From an uncultured Chloroflexia bacterium (GTDB lineage: Bacteria > Chloroflexota > Limnocylindria > Limnocylindrales > CSP1-4), in contig CAWHXD010000008.1 in the NCBI GenBank assembly GCA_963833225.1, forward strand, positions 896,001 through 960,000: DNA of 64,000 nucleotides. Direction: 5' to 3'. Position 1 is the stretch's first letter. Every line of letters begins with the position of its first letter. The notes beneath the pieces were generated by a model. The model saw nothing but the letters and a program-made list of their open reading frames with translations. It had not been told where the DNA came from and ran no database searches. The position numbers and the translations under genes are program-made. Of this stretch, positions 11,297 to 24,134 are shown piece by piece.

Positions 11297-12733
11297 TCAG
11301 GCCTCCAGCATCCGGCCCGGGATTGAGCAGGTTGTGCGGGTCCAGCGCGTGCTTGATCGAGCGCATGACCGCCACCGCGTCCTCGCCTCGCTGGCGGACG
11401 AGCCAGTCGCGACGCGCCGCCCCGATCCCGTGCTCGCCCGTCACCGTGCCGCCCAGGGACAGGGCGGCCTCGTACAGGTCGGCCCGAGCCGCGTCCAGCC
11501 GCACCACGGCCGCATCTCCCTCGGCGCGGTCGAGCACGAATGTCGGGTGCAGGTTCCCGTCCCCGGCGTGGCCGAACGTGCCGATCGACCAGCTGGTGGC
11601 GCTCCCCGATGGCCTCGATCTCGCGGAGCAGCGCGGGCACCCGGCTCCTCGGGACGCCGACGTCCTCCATCCGGGCCACCCCGAGATCCTCCAGGGCCCG
11701 GTAGGCAAGCCGCCGGCCCTGCCGCAGCCACTCGGCCTCCTGCGCGTCCTGGGCCTGGAACACGCTGGTTGAGCCTGCCGCCTCGCAGACGGGCACCGCC
11801 GCGGCGACCTCCGCCTCCGCGGCGCGCCGGGGCAGGTCCGACTCCGACCAGCAGCATCGCCGCGGCGTCACGGTCCAGGCCGAGCCGGTGGACGTCGTCC
11901 ACGGCCCGGATCGTCGTGCGGTCCATCAGCTCCAGGGTCACCGGGCGCAGGCCGGCGGCCGTGAGCCCCGCGACGGCGTCGCCCGCGGCCTCGAGCGACC
12001 CGAAGAAGGCGATCAGCGTGGCCCGGGGCGGCGGTGTCGGCAGCAGGCGCAGCGTCGCCTCGGTGACCAGCGCGAGCGTCCCCTGCGACCCGACCAGCAG
12101 CGGGATGAGGCCGTAGCCGGCCACGTCCTTCACGTTCTTGCCCCCGAGACGCAGGATCGTCGCGTCCGCCATCACGACCTCGAGGCCCAGGACCGCGTCC
12201 CGGGTCACGCCGTACTTCACGCAGCACAGCCCGCCGGCGTTGGTCGCGAGATTGCCGCCGATCGTGCATGTCTCGTACGAGGCCGGGTCGGGCGCATAGA
12301 ACAGGCCCTGCGCCGCCACCGCGGCCTTGAGGTCCGCATTCACCACGCCGGGCTGGGTGGTGACGGTCAGGTTCGCGGGGTCGATCTCGAGCACCCGGTT
12401 CATGCGGGTGAACGCGATCGTGAGCGCGCCCTCGATCCCGGCCGCGGCGCCGGACAGCCCGGTGCCCGCGCCGCGGGGAACGATCGGCACGTCGAACTCG
12501 CCGCACAGCGCCACCAGCGCGGCCACCTGCGCCGTGGTCGTGGGCAGCGCGACCCCGAGCGGCAGCCCGGCCCGGTAGTAGGCGGTCTCGTCAAGCCGGT
12601 ACGACTCGCGATCGGTGGCATCGGCGAGCAGGCGCACGTCGGGCAGGCGAGCCCCGATGGCACGCAACAGGCCGGGGCCGTCGCCGCTCGAGACAGGCCC
12701 GACGGGGGGCTGGGTGCCGGATGGGTGGTCCAT
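11297..12733 (-). CDS. FAD-linked oxidase, glycolate oxidase GlcD / D-lactate dehydrogenase family; frameshifted
   Basis: VPRGAGTGLSG, PDPAS, TIGGNLATNAGG, GSQGTL, FGHAGDGNLHP, TGEHGIG, LLNPG. Confidence 0.88.
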
Positions 12734-12771
12734 GTGCCAAGTATCCATGCTGCGGGGGTACGATCCCAACC

Positions 12772-14200
12772 ATGCTGGGATCCATCGACCGTCGTTCGCT
12801 CCGGGGATTGGCAGCACTGGCGCTCGCCGGCTGCCTGATGGCGGTGGCGGCGCCTGCCCCGAGCCGGGCAACGACCCCGGTCGAGCCGGCCGCGCGACCG
12901 TCGGGCGCCGAGGCGGCGGCCGCCGGCGACCCCGTGCCGGCAGCCGTTCCCGCCTCGGCCATCATCCCCGGCTCGGTCCACCGGGCCTCGCTCCGGATGA
13001 CCGCGACCTATGCCGTGACGGCCCGGCTGGCGCTCGAAGGATCGACGGCTCGCGGGCAAGGTCACCATCACTGCCCGCAACGACTCGGGTGCAGGCGTGG
13101 ACCGCGTCCGTCTCAACACCGTGATGGGCCCGCTCGGACGCCTGTCCCTGCGCGAGGTGACCGTTGACGGCGTCGCTGTCACGCCCTCGATCCACGACCA
13201 GACGATCACCGTCCAGCTCGGCGGCGTCCTGCCGGCCGGAGCGAGCGCCGTGATCGTCGTCCCCTTCCGGGCGACCCTCCGGTCCACGACCTCCGGCAGC
13301 ACCTGGCTGTTCACGCGCGCGAACGGCATCACGTCGATGTACCGCTGGGTGCCCTGGATCAGCCGCACCACCCCCTTCGACCGGCCCAACTTCGGCGACC
13401 CGTTCGTGACCCCGGTGAGCCCGTCGGCCACCCTGCGGCTGCGGACCGACGCCCGGGTCAAGGTCGTGGTCAACGGAACCCGAACCTCGATCTCGGACGA
13501 CGGGCTGGTCACGACCTGGGCCCTCACCAACGTGCGCGACATCGTGGTCAATGCGTCGGCTGACTACCGGACCGCCAAGCGTGCGGTCGGCGACACGCAG
13601 ATCCGCGTCCACACCCGACCCGGCCAGCCGTCGGGGGCCATCCTGGACGCCGCCGAGAACGCCCTGCGCAAGCTTGAGAAGCGGCTGGGACCCTACCCGT
13701 GGCGCGTGCTGCGGATCGTCCAGTCGTCAGGCGGTCTCGGCATGGAGGGGCCTGGCATCGTCTGGATCCCGGCCGGTGTCGCCCCGTCCAACCTGCGCTA
13801 TCTCCTGATGCACGAGGTTGCCCACCAGTGGTTCTACGGCATCGTCGGCAACGACCAGGCCCGGGAGCCGTTCGCGGACGAGGCGATCACGGACATGGTG
13901 GCGCGCTACCTCACGGGCACCCGGCGCGGCTCGCGCTGCGCGAAGGGAACGCTCGACGGCTCGATCTACGACTACTCGTCGGCCTGCTACTACGAGCGGG
14001 TCTACATCCAGGGCGGGAACCTGCTCGACAACACCCGCGACCGGATCGGCACGCACACCTTCTTCGCGGCGCTTCGGCGGTACCTGGCCGACAACCGCTG
14101 GGGTCTCGTCCACACCCGCACGCTGCTCGACGCCCTGGACGACGCGACGCCACTCGACCTCGCCGGGCGCTGGAAGTCGCGCTTCCCCAGCCTGTACTGA
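12772..14200 (+). CDS. Secreted M1-family (gluzincin) metallopeptidase; frameshift near 13050
   Basis: Signal peptide; GMEGP, HEVAHQW...DE, downstream Y..G motif. Confidence 0.82.
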
Positions 14201-14214
14201 GACCGGGCGCGGCC

Positions 14215-14813
14215 GTGTCTGGATCTCGCATCCAGGTCCGGCTGGCCACCGTCGATGACGCCGCCGCGTGCGCGGCGATCTACGCACCGTACGTGACCGA
14301 TACCGCGGTCTCGTTCGAGCTGTCGCCCCCGGACGCCGACGAGATGCGTGGCCGGATCGCCCGCACCATCGAGCGAACGCCGTGGGTGGTGGTGGAGGTG
14401 GACGGCGTCGTGCGTGGCTATGCGTACGGGACGCGGCACCGGGATCGCGCGGCCTACGACTGGACGGTGGAGACGACCGTCTACGTCGACCGCGCGTACA
14501 CCCGCCGGGGCATCGGCCGGGTCGCGATGGAAGCGCTGCTCGCCATCCTGCGGCTGCAGGGTGCGCACCTCGTGGTCGCCGGGGTCACGCCGCCGAACCC
14601 GGGCTCCGTCGGGCTCCACGAGGCCCTGGGCTTCGCGAGGATCGGCCGGTTCGAGGCGATCGGCTGGAAGCAGGGGCGCTGGCACGGCGTCGAGTGGTTC
14701 GGGCTGGAGCTCGGCCCTCGCGGCAGCCACCCCGCGCCACTGGTCCCGCTGCCACGGCTTGCGGGATCGGCCGCGCTCACAGCCGCCCTCACGCCCAGGC
14801 CCGGGAGGCCTGA
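14215..14813 (+). CDS. GNAT N-acetyltransferase (phosphinothricin acetyltransferase-like); 3' end approximate
   Basis: AIYAPYVTDTAVSFE, RAAYDWTVETTVYV, GIGR, SVGLHEALGF, GWKQGRWH. Confidence 0.85.
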
Positions 14814-14829
14814 CCCGGCGCGGGTCCGC

Positions 14830-15765
14830 TCAGCCGCCGCCCGTCCGACGGTCGGCCGCCAGCGCCTGCGGGAACCACCGCGAGCGCTCCGGGAACACCG
14901 GGCGCCACGCCCGCCACGCGGTCACGAGCCAGGCCGCCAGCACGCGTTCGCGGGCTCCCCAGGGGAACCCGTACGCGTCCCGGATGGCAGCCGGCAGGAG
15001 GCCGATGGCCGGGACCAGGAGCCACGAGGCGGCGCCGGCCGGGACTCGCCCGAGCGCGCGGCGAGGGGTGCGGAGGCCGCACCCAGGCGCACCGCAAGCG
15101 GGCCGTTGGCCACGGCCGGGGCGAGCGGCGGACGCAGGATCGTCCGGGCCAGGTCCCGCGAGGTGGCCGATCGGGTGGACCGGGCCTCCGGCCGCCCACT
15201 GCGCGGCCATCCAGGCGTCGAAGGCGTCGATGTCGGCCGGCAGGAGCGCCTCGGGGATGCCGAACAGCCGCCCGACCGGGCGCGTCTCCGCGTAGAACCG
15301 GGCTCGCCGCTCCGGCGAGAGTGGCGCAAGCCACGCATCCACCGTGGCCAGCGTCGAGTCGATGAGCGTCGCGTGGACCCAGAGCGAGAGCTCCGGATCC
15401 CGCGCGGCATAGGAACCGCCGAGTCGGGCGGCGGCTCGCGGGTCTCGGACCGGGCCGGTCACGCCGCCGTGCAGCCGGTTCAGCCGCCGGATCTCGGCCC
15501 GCGCCTGTCCCGTGGTCCCGTACACGATCCGGAGGTACGAGCGGAGCGTGCCCGCGAGCCGTGCCCAGGGATCCACGCGGAAATCCGAGTGCTGGTCAAC
15601 CCCCTCCGCGACGAGCGGGTGCGCGAGCTGGAGGAGCAGCGCGCGCGGACCGGCACCGAGCAGCAGCGCGGCCTCGCGGTTGAGGTTCCACGCCTCCGAG
15701 CCCGGGCCGTACAGCCCCGGGTCGGACGTCAGCGGTCGCTGGGCCGGCGCCCGACCACCCACCAT
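14830..15765 (-). CDS. Oxygenase MpaB family (DUF2236) protein
   Basis: GPRALLLQLAHPLVAEGVDQHSDF, ARDPELSLWVHATL; true start probably near 15732. Confidence 0.85.
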   Translation of the reverse strand: MVGGRAPAQRPLTSDPGLYGPGSEAWNLNREAALLLGAGPRALLLQLAHPLVAEGVDQHSDFRVDPWARLAGTLRSYLRIVYGTTGQARAEIRRLNRLHGGVTGPVRDPRAAARLGGSYAARDPELSLWVHATLIDSTLATVDAWLAPLSPERRARFYAETRPVGRLFGIPEALLPADIDAFDAWMAAQWAAGGPVHPIGHLAGPGPDDPASAARPGRGQRPACGAPGCGLRTPRRALGRVPAGAASWLLVPAIGLLPAAIRDAYGFPWGARERVLAAWLVTAWRAWRPVFPERSRWFPQALAADRRTGGG

Positions 15766-16373
15766 GCCGCCGGGAAGACCACGGCTGCCGCGAGGAGCTT
15801 GAGGGTGTCACCGACCAGGAACGGCAGCAGGCCCGTGGTGATGGCGTCGCCGGCGGACAGGCCGACCACGACGGCGAGCCACGGAACACCGAACGCATAG
15901 ATCACGACGGTGCCCAGCGCCGTGGCGCCGACCGCCCCACCGATGCGCCGATCCCAGCCGAGCTCCGCGAGGCGGCCCACCAGCGCCGCGGCGGCAACGA
16001 AGCCCACGAGATAGCCGCCGGTCGCGCCCCAGATCACCGTCAGTCCGCCCCTGCCCTCGGCAAAGAACGGCAGGCCGACGACGCCCAGCAGGACGTACAG
16101 CAGCGCCGCAATGCCGCCCCGCCGCAGCCCCAGGGCGCCGCCCACCACGAGGATCCCGAAGCTCTGCATCGTGAACGGCACGGGGTTCCCGGGCAGGGCC
16201 ACGGAGATCCGCGCGGTCAGGAAGATCAGCAGGGCGCCCGCGACGATCAGGCCGACGTGCCGAAGGCGGGGGGACGCAGCCTCTCCGACGCGGACCGGAA
16301 CGAGGAAATCCGCGATCGTCAGCCCCTTCTCGGTGGCGGGCACCCTGGTGAAGGATGGGATCGCGTGGGTCAT
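15729..16373 (-). CDS. bioY: Biotin transporter BioY
   Basis: PVPFTMQ, GLPFFAEGRGG, GATGGYLVGF, PFLVGDTLK. Confidence 0.92.
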   Translation of the reverse strand: MTHAIPSFTRVPATEKGLTIADFLVPVRVGEAASPRLRHVGLIVAGALLIFLTARISVALPGNPVPFTMQSFGILVVGGALGLRRGGIAALLYVLLGVVGLPFFAEGRGGLTVIWGATGGYLVGFVAAAALVGRLAELGWDRRIGGAVGATALGTVVIYAFGVPWLAVVVGLSAGDAITTGLLPFLVGDTLKLLAAAVVFPAAWWVVGRRPSDR

Positions 16374-16490
16374 GGTCTCCCTCGTGCGCCGGCGGCTGGA
16401 CGCCAGCGTCGCGCGGAGTCTACAAGGCGGCTCGCCCGTCGGCCAGCGCCGGACGGCCCACAGTGGCCGCCGGCAAGTCCGGCGGCCGGG

Positions 16491-19044
16491 CTATTCGCCG
16501 CGGACGGCCGCGACGATCGACCGCCGGCCGGCGATCCGTGCGGGCTGGGCCGCCGCGAGCATGGCCAGCACGACGCCCGTGACCAGCGCCAGGGCGATCG
16601 TGGGCAGCGGCAGGCGGATCCCGGCGTCGAGGCGCCCGCCGGCGGTCACGACCAGCAGCACCCCCACGACGGCGCCCGCCGCGGACCCGACGACGGACCC
16701 GATCAGGCCCAGGATCCCCGCCTCCACGACCACGCTGCGCCAGACCTGCGAGCGGCTCATCCCCACAGCCCGCAGCATGCCCAGCTCGCGCACCCGTTCC
16801 GAGGTGTCCATGGTCAGGGTGTTGACGATACCGAGGCCGGCCACGAACACGGCTGCGAGGGCCAGCACATCCAGCAGCCCGAACACGCGATCCAGCGCAT
16901 CGCCAACCGCTCCCTCGACGCTCGAGACGGGAGCCACCGTGAGCGCATATGCCTGGCCGAGCTCGGCAACGGCAGCGTGCGCGGCGGCCGGCGCCCCCGG
17001 CCGGAAGCGGACGGCAAGGGCATCGGCGCCGGTCACCCCGAACCGGGTCTCCGCGTCGCCCCAGCCGACGAGCGCGGTCTGCCCGGCCTGACCCGGGAAC
17101 GAGCTGTCCACGATGCCCACGACCACCAGCTCCGCCGGACCGCCGATCCCGCTCACCAGGAGGGTGTCACCGAGCCCGACTCCCAGGCGATCCGCCCGTG
17201 TCCGCGCCAGGACCACCGCCCCGCCCCGGTCGATGGCGGCGAGCGCCTCGGCCCGATCGCCCGCCGTGAAGGTCAGCCGGCCGTCGAGCGCGAAGTCGGC
17301 ACCGCGGATGGCGGTCGCCTCGAGCCGCGTGCCGGAGAACGCCAGGTCGAACGAAGCCAGCGGCGTGGCCACCGCGACCCCTGGGATGGCCCGAAGCTGC
17401 TCGTCCACGCCACCCTCGCCGACCGGCGCCGGGGCGATGGCCGTCAGGATCACGTCGCCGGGGACGACGTCCGCCAGCCACGCGGTCGCCGCGATCCTCG
17501 CGTTGGCGCTCACTGAGCCGAGCGCGACCACCATCCCGAGCCCCACGACGAGCGTCCCGACGGTCAGCGTCGTCCGCGAGCGATCGCGTCCGACCGCGGC
17601 CCGCGCCAGGCGCTCCTCCAGGCGCACCACGATCGCGAACGGCAGGCCGGCGAGACGCCCCAGCGGCCCGAGCAGGACCGGCGTGACCAGGACGCCGAGC
17701 AGCAGCACCGCGTAGACGGCAACGGCACGCAGCGGCCCGATCGGTGACGCCGCACCGACGGGGAGCAGCACGATCGCGATCACGCCGACGACGGCAATGA
17801 CCACCACCAGCCAGCGGACATGGGCGCGGGCCGCGGCGGCGGGATCGGAGCGCGAGCGCAGCGCGGTCACGGGGCTCACCGAGGCGGCCCGACGCGCCGG
17901 CTCGACGGCCGCAACGAGGGTCACGATCACGCCGACGGCCATGCCCGCCAGGGCCACGGTCGGCGAGATCACCGGCGCGTCCATGGTGACGTTGCCGGCC
18001 GCCCGCAGCCAGCCGGTCACGACCATCGACAGCCCGGCCCCGAGGACGAGACCCAGGAGCGATCCCGCCACGCCCAGCACGAGCGCCTGAATCTCGACGA
18101 TCCGCAGGATCTGGCCGCGGCTCGCCCCGGCCGCGCGCAGGAGGCCCAGCTCCCGGATCCGCTCGACGACGGTCATCGCGGTGGCGTTGAGCACGAGGAA
18201 GGCCGCCGCGAACAGCGTGATCGAGGCCAGCAGCGCCATCGTCGCTCGCAGGTCGGCCGTCGAGGCGCGCATGGACGCCCCGACGTCACCGGGGACCGAC
18301 AGCAGGTACGGCTCGGCGACGAGGGTGCGCTCGATGGCCGCGATCACGTCGTCCAGGTCCGCGCCCGCGGCCAGGACGACGTCGATCCGTGTGAGGCCCG
18401 TGAGGGCATCGGCCGGTGGCGGCTCGTCGCCCGTCGAGGAGGAGCTGGTGCGCCGTCCCGATCGGGAGGACGACCGTCCGTCCCGAGGAACCGAGCGCCG
18501 GTCCATCGCCGGCGAGAATCCCCGTCACCGTGACGGACACGGGCGCACCGCCGCCCAGGATCGACAGCGAGGAGCCGAGCTCGAGACCCTCGGCCGCGGC
18601 CAGCGTCTCCGTGATGAGCGCCCCCGTCCCCCACGCGCCGGCGAGTGGCTCGCCGCTCGCGAGGTCAAGGTCTCGGACACGCGGCTCGCGATCGGGGTCG
18701 ATGCCAAGCACCGTCACCGGGGCCGTTTGCGGGGGGCCGCCTGGCGCCGGCGCCAGGAATGATCGCCGCTCGATGGCGGGTGCGGTGAGCGCGACGCCGG
18801 GCACCGTGTCCAGCGCCGTCAGGCTCGTGGCCGACAGCCCGGACTCGGCAAAGGCGGCGACCCGCAGGTCTGCCCGGCCGACCAGCGATGCGACGGTGCG
18901 ATCGATCGAGGCGTCGAGGCCGGCGTTGGTCGCGAGGGCCGCCACCAGCACCGCGACGCCGATGGCGATCCCCAGGATCGTGAGGATGCTGCGCGTAGGG
19001 CGCGCGGCGAGCCCGCGCCACGCGTACGGGAGGAGACCGCGCAT
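16491..19044 (-). CDS. ABC exporter permease (MacB/FtsX-like); frameshift near 18430
   Basis: RSILTILGIAIGVA; two ERxRELGxLRAxG repeats. Confidence 0.88.
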
Positions 19045-19060
19045 CCGGGTCCGGCCGCCG

Positions 19061-19864
19061 CTACAGGCCCAGCTGGGCCAGCCGGGCGATCAGCGGGGTG
19101 GCGGCGTGGTCCGACCGACGACCGAGCACGATCTCCTCGCGGATGGTCCCGTCGCCAACCACCAGGACCCGGTCCGCGAAGGCCGCGGCCTTGGCGTCGT
19201 GGGTGACCAGCACGATCGTCTGGCCGCGGGTCATGCAGGTTCGCCACAGGGCGTCGAGGATGTCCGTGCCGGTCCGGAAGTCAAGGTTGCCCGTGGGCTC
19301 GTCCGCGAACAGGAGCGCCGGGCGGGTGACGATGGCGCGGGCAACGGCAACGCGCTGCTGCTCGCCGGCCGAGAGCTGCTCGGGCTTGTGGCGTTCCTTG
19401 CCCGTGAGGTCGACGCCGGCGATCGCGTCGCGAACCCGCGCCGCAAGCTCGCCGCGCCGCGGGTCCTGGCCAGCGATGGTGAACGGCAGCCCCACGTTCT
19501 CCACCACGTCGAGCAGCGGGATCAGGTTGAACGACTGGAACACGAAGCCGGTGCGCTCTCGCCGCAGGCGGGTCGCGGCGTCATCCGACAGCCGGCTGAT
19601 GTCCTCGCCCTCGAACAGCACCTGTCCGGATGTGGGCCGGTCGAGACCGCCGAGGAGCTGGAGCAGGGTGGACTTGCCCGATCCCGACGGGCCCATCAGC
19701 GCCACGAACTCGCCGGGCTTCACGGCCAACGACACGCCGCGTACGGCGTCCACGGTCTCGCCGGGCATCCGGTACTGCCGGGTGACGCCGCGCGCCTCGA
19801 GGATCGGGAGGCCCGGGTCGCGGGTCGCAGAAGTCGTGGCCGGGGCCGCTGCTGACTGGATCAT
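19061..19864 (-). CDS. ABC transporter ATP-binding protein (LolD/MacB-like)
   Basis: GPSGSGKS, LSAGEQQRVAVARA, ADEPTGNLD, VTHD. Confidence 0.92.
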   Translation of the reverse strand: MIQSAAAPATTSATRDPGLPILEARGVTRQYRMPGETVDAVRGVSLAVKPGEFVALMGPSGSGKSTLLQLLGGLDRPTSGQVLFEGEDISRLSDDAATRLRRERTGFVFQSFNLIPLLDVVENVGLPFTIAGQDPRRGELAARVRDAIAGVDLTGKERHKPEQLSAGEQQRVAVARAIVTRPALLFADEPTGNLDFRTGTDILDALWRTCMTRGQTIVLVTHDAKAAAFADRVLVVGDGTIREEIVLGRRSDHAATPLIARLAQLGL

Positions 19865-19970
19865 GCGCGAGATCGAGCCTCGTGAGGCGGGTGGGTTCCC
19901 ACCGTACTGGTGCGGTGCGGTGCAGTCAGCGGACCGATGGTCCCGGGCGCCGATGGGACCCCGACGCGGA

Positions 19971-20916
19971 TCAGAAGCCGAAGAACTGGGAGGTGACGGT
20001 GAACAGGATAGAGTCCACCAGCCCCCGGTCGGCGGGCGCGTCAACGATCCGCAGGCCTCCGGCCGGGAGGAGTGCCGCCGTTCCAGGCGGGGAGGTCCGC
20101 CTCGGCCGGCTCCGGCAGCAGACGCCGGGCTGGGCTGCGGGACAGCGGGGCTCGGGGTCGGGCCAGGAGTGGGTGATGCCGTCGGGGCCGGTGACGGCGT
20201 GGGGGCGTCGGTCGGCCGCGGCTTCCTCGTCGGTTCCGGGGTGGGTGCCTTCGTGCGCTCGGGCTTGGGCGTCGAGTGGGCGGTCGCGGCGGGCTTGGGC
20301 GTTGGCTTGGGCGTGGGCTTGGGCGTGGGCCGGCGCCTCCACCGCCGCACGGTCTGCGAACAGCACCGTCCACACGTAGTGGTCGCCCGTCGTCCGGTAG
20401 GCACCCACCGCGACCACATCCCAGTCCTTGCCCATGATGTTCTTCCGGTGATCCGACGAGTCCATGAACAGGTTGAAGACGTAGGCGGTGACGTCCATCC
20501 TCGGACGCATCCGGCCAGGTCGCGTTGCCGATGTTCTCGCCGGCCAGGTTGAAGCAGTAGTCGTACTTGTACTGCATGTACCAGAACACGTTGTGGTCGG
20601 CGCCGGGTCCCGGGATCGTGTGCGAGAAGTAGTCCCGATCACCATGTCCTTGCTTCGCCAGCGCGCGATCGTCCGCAGCGCGGTGTCCAGCTTGAGCGTG
20701 CGCCGCCCGGCCCGACGCGCGGGCCTGGTTCTGCAGCGAGATGAGCTGCGACTCGGAGCCCGAGCTGAAGGCGTTCTCGTCCCAGGCCGCGCCGTGGGGC
20801 GCCAGCACCAGGCCCGCGAACGACGACAGGGCGACCGCCAGCGCGATGACGGCCGACAGATGCCTCGATGGGCGTGCCGGGAACCATGAGCGGTGGAGCG
20901 TCGCAAGCAGGGTCAT
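19971..20916 (-). CDS. Secreted CAP/SCP-domain protein with PT-rich tail; frameshifted
   Basis: Signal peptide; LQNQARA, RSKDM, YFSH, AGENIG, FMDSSDHRKNIM, VAVGAY. Confidence 0.8.
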
Positions 20917-21162
20917 GCGGGGCAGGGTTCTCGCAGGTCGCCCGGCGGGGAACCGGGCCTGGCTCCATGATCGGCGCCTGCGGCCTGCGTTTCTGCCGCG
21001 CAAAGGTCCCGGCCGCCCCGAACCGCGGTACGGGGCACCCCGGGGCATCCGGTACCCCTGGCCGCCGAGGCTGCGGCACCATGGGGGCTCGCCGTTTCCG
21101 GTACACTCCGCGACGCCCCATGGGTCAACGCGCGCCACGAGCGCCTCAGCACCCGGGCGCTT

Positions 21163-21238
21163 GGTGGCCTTAGCTCAATGGCAGAGCATCGGATTGTGGC
21201 TCCGAAGGTTGCGGGTTCGAGCCCCGTAGGCCACCCCA
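21163..21238 (+). tRNA. tRNA-His (GTG)
   Basis: G-1 plus GTGGCCT/AGGCCAC acceptor stem, C discriminator, encoded CCA; anticodon stem TCGGA/TCCGA with GTG at 21196-21198; GGTTCGAG T-loop. Confidence 0.97.
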
Positions 21239-21364
21239 ACTCCCGATCGGCGACTCGTGGCAGGTCGGCCCGCTTCGCCGGCGACCAACCCGATGCGCCG
21301 GGTCGCGGTAGCATCGCGAGCGCCAGACCCGTGTCCGGCACCAGGGGCGCAGCGCGGAGCATCC

Positions 21365-22667
21365 ATGACGCAGGACCGGCGCATCTCCATCATCGGCCTC
21401 GGCTATGTCGGCCTGCCGCTCGCGATCGCGTTCACGGAGGCCGGCGTCGAGGTCGAGGGAATCGACGCCTCCGCGTCTCGCGTCGTGGAGCTCAACGCCC
21501 GCCACTCCCCCATCGACGACGTCAGCGACACGCGACTGGCGACCGCCCTGGACGGCGGGCTGCGCGTCGTCTCGCCGGCGGATGCCCGTATGGGGGAGTC
21601 GGACGCGATCTTCGTGTGTGTCCCGACGCCCATCACCTCCACCAAGGATCCCGACCTTGGTCCGGTCCTCGCCGCCGCCGCGCTCGTTCGCGACGGCCTG
21701 CGGCCCGGCCACCTCGTCATCCTCCAGTCCACCACCTACCCGGGAACCACCACCGGACCCTTCGCCGAGGTGATCGAGCAGGGTGGCCTCAGGGCCGGCA
21801 CCGACTTCGATCTCGCCTTCGCGCCCGAGCGCGTCAACCCGGGCGATCCGGCCAGCGCCGGGCGCAACGTCCCGCGACTGGTGGGCGGGACGACTCCGGC
21901 CGCCACGAAGCGCGCCGCGGAGCTGCTGCGCCCACGTCAATGACCGGGTCGTCCAGATGTCCTCTCCGGACGCCGCCGAGATGGCGAAGCTGCTCGAGAA
22001 CACGTTCCGCAACGTCAACATCGCGTTCGTCAACCAGCTCGCCCTCCTGTGCGAGCGGATGGGGCTCGACGTCTGGGAGGTGATCGACGCCGCGGCGACC
22101 AAGCCGTTCGGGTTCATGCGCTTCACCCCCGGCCCCGGCGTCGGCGGCCACTGCATCCCGGTCGATCCGTACTACCTGGCCTGGCGCGCCCGCGAGTTCG
22201 AGTTCACGGAGCGGTTCATCGAGCTCGCGGGTGACATCAACCTCGCGATGCCGCGCCACGTGGTGGATCTCGTGGCCGAGGCGCTCAACGACCGCGGCAA
22301 GGCACTCAAAGGGTCGCGCGTGGGCGTGCTGGGCGTCGCCTTCAAGCCGGACGTCCAGGATCCGCGCAACTCGCCGGCCGGGGCGATCCTGCCCCTGCTC
22401 GCGGAGCGCGGGGCTGAGCTGCGGTACCACGACCCGCTGGTCAAGTCGTTCCGCGACGACGGCGGGTTCGTCCACGAGGGAGTGGGGCTGGACTCCCTGT
22501 TGCACTGGGCCGACGTGTTCGTCATCGTGACCGCCCACCACTCGATCGAGTGGGATCACCTGTTCGACCAGGCTGGGCTCATCGTGGACACGGTCAACGC
22601 CTCGCGTGACCGCACGACGCGCGAGCGGCAGGTGCTCCGCCTCGGCGCGGGCTGGTCGCGGGCCTGA
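21365..22667 (+). CDS. Nucleotide-sugar (UDP-hexNAc) dehydrogenase; frameshift near 21930
   Basis: IIGLGYVGLP, CVPTP, PERVNPG, KLLENTFRNVNIA, PGVGGHCIPVDP. Confidence 0.92.
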
Positions 22668-22719
22668 ACCGGACACCGGGCGATCCGGGGTTCCGCGATG
22701 ACCGATCTCCAGACGTCCG

Positions 22720-24134
22720 GTGACGTCGTCGCGCCTCCCGGCGCCGCGCCTCGGGATCCTCTCGTTCTCGTCCGGCGAGTTCGACGCCCGCACCTTCCGA
22801 ATCGCCTCGTCGGCGATCGACGCGGGTTGGCAGGTCACGGTCTACACCCGCTGGTTCCCGGGCCTGGCGCCCACCGAACAGCGGGACGGATACCGGCTGA
22901 TCCGCGTCGATGCGGATCCGCGCCAGGCGCTTCCCATCGTCGGCAGGCTCGTCCGCCGCCATCGTCGCGCGACCGCGCTGCGCACCGCCGTCGTCGGCCG
23001 GGCCGAGATCGCACCCGCGGCATCCGGTCCCAACGTCATGCCGCCGGCGCCGGCGCCGAAGCGCCGTCGATTCACCGGAAACCCGCTGACCTGGCCGGCA
23101 AGGTTCACGCTCCGCAAGCTGCGTGGCTGGCGACGCAAGCTGTCACGCTGGCGGATCACGCTCCTGATGTTCCCCCTGCGGCCGCTCGGGTGGTCACGAG
23201 CGGTCGATGAGGTCGCCGAACCGGCCGACATGTGGCATGGGATGTGGGCCGGGAGCCTGCCCGCGCTCAATCGCCTGCAGCGGCGCCACGGCGGCGGGAC
23301 GCTCTACGACAGCCGCGACGTGTACATGCTGTCGCGCAACTTCATGCACCTCGAGTGGCCGCTGCGGCCGCTGCTCGCGGCGCTCGAGCGGCGATGGGCG
23401 CACCGGGTCGACCAGGTCATCACGGTCAACGACGCCTATGCCGATCTCCTGGCGCGCCAGCTGCGGATCCCCCGGCCCCCGGTGGTGCTCAACACGCCAA
23501 AGCGGTGGTCACCGCCGGACCCGCCGCCGGACCTGATCCGGGAGGCAACTGGCGTTCCTGCCGACGACGAGCGTCGTCCTCTACCAGGGCCAGCTCATCT
23601 CACAGCGGGGCATCGAACAGTCGATGCGGGCGATCCTCGACGTTCCCGGCGCGGTGCTCGTGCTGCTGGGGTTCGGCAACTGGGAGACGCACCTGCGGGC
23701 GCGCGTCTCGGAGCCGCCGTTCGCGAACCGGGTGTTCGTCCTGCCCGCCGTGGCCCCCGAGGACCTCCTGGCCTGGACGGCGTCTGCCGACGTGATGGTG
23801 ATGCCGATCCAGCCCACCTCCACCAACCACGAGTTCACGACACCCCAGAAGCTGTGGGAGGCGATCGCGGCCGGCGTGCCGGTCGTCGCCTCCGACCTGC
23901 CGGGGATGGCCGAGATCATCCGGTCCGCGGGCGTCGGCGTGCTGTGCGACCCGACCCGGCCGGAGTCCATCGCGGATGCGATCCACTCCCTGGTCGAGCC
24001 GACCACCGGACGCCAGGGCCGCGCTCCGCCGCCATGTCCTCGAGGTGGGTCACCACCGCTACACCTGGGAGCGACAGGCCAGGGCCCTGCTCGACCTCTA
24101 CGGAACCCTGCGGCAGGGAGGAGATGGCCGATGA
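22720..24134 (+). CDS. Glycosyltransferase family 4; frameshifts near 23565 and 24020
   Basis: YDSRD, YQGQL...RGIE, PQKLWEAIAAGVPVVASD, YTWERQ. Confidence 0.82.

Noticed and set aside
20917-21160. Riboswitch in the long GC-rich leader of the CAP gene
   Set aside because: No convincing c-di-AMP, c-di-GMP or other consensus recognisable by eye; an Rfam scan is needed.
21163-21238. tRNA-His as prophage/island attachment site
   Set aside because: No integrase and no duplicated tRNA 3' end noticed in the window.
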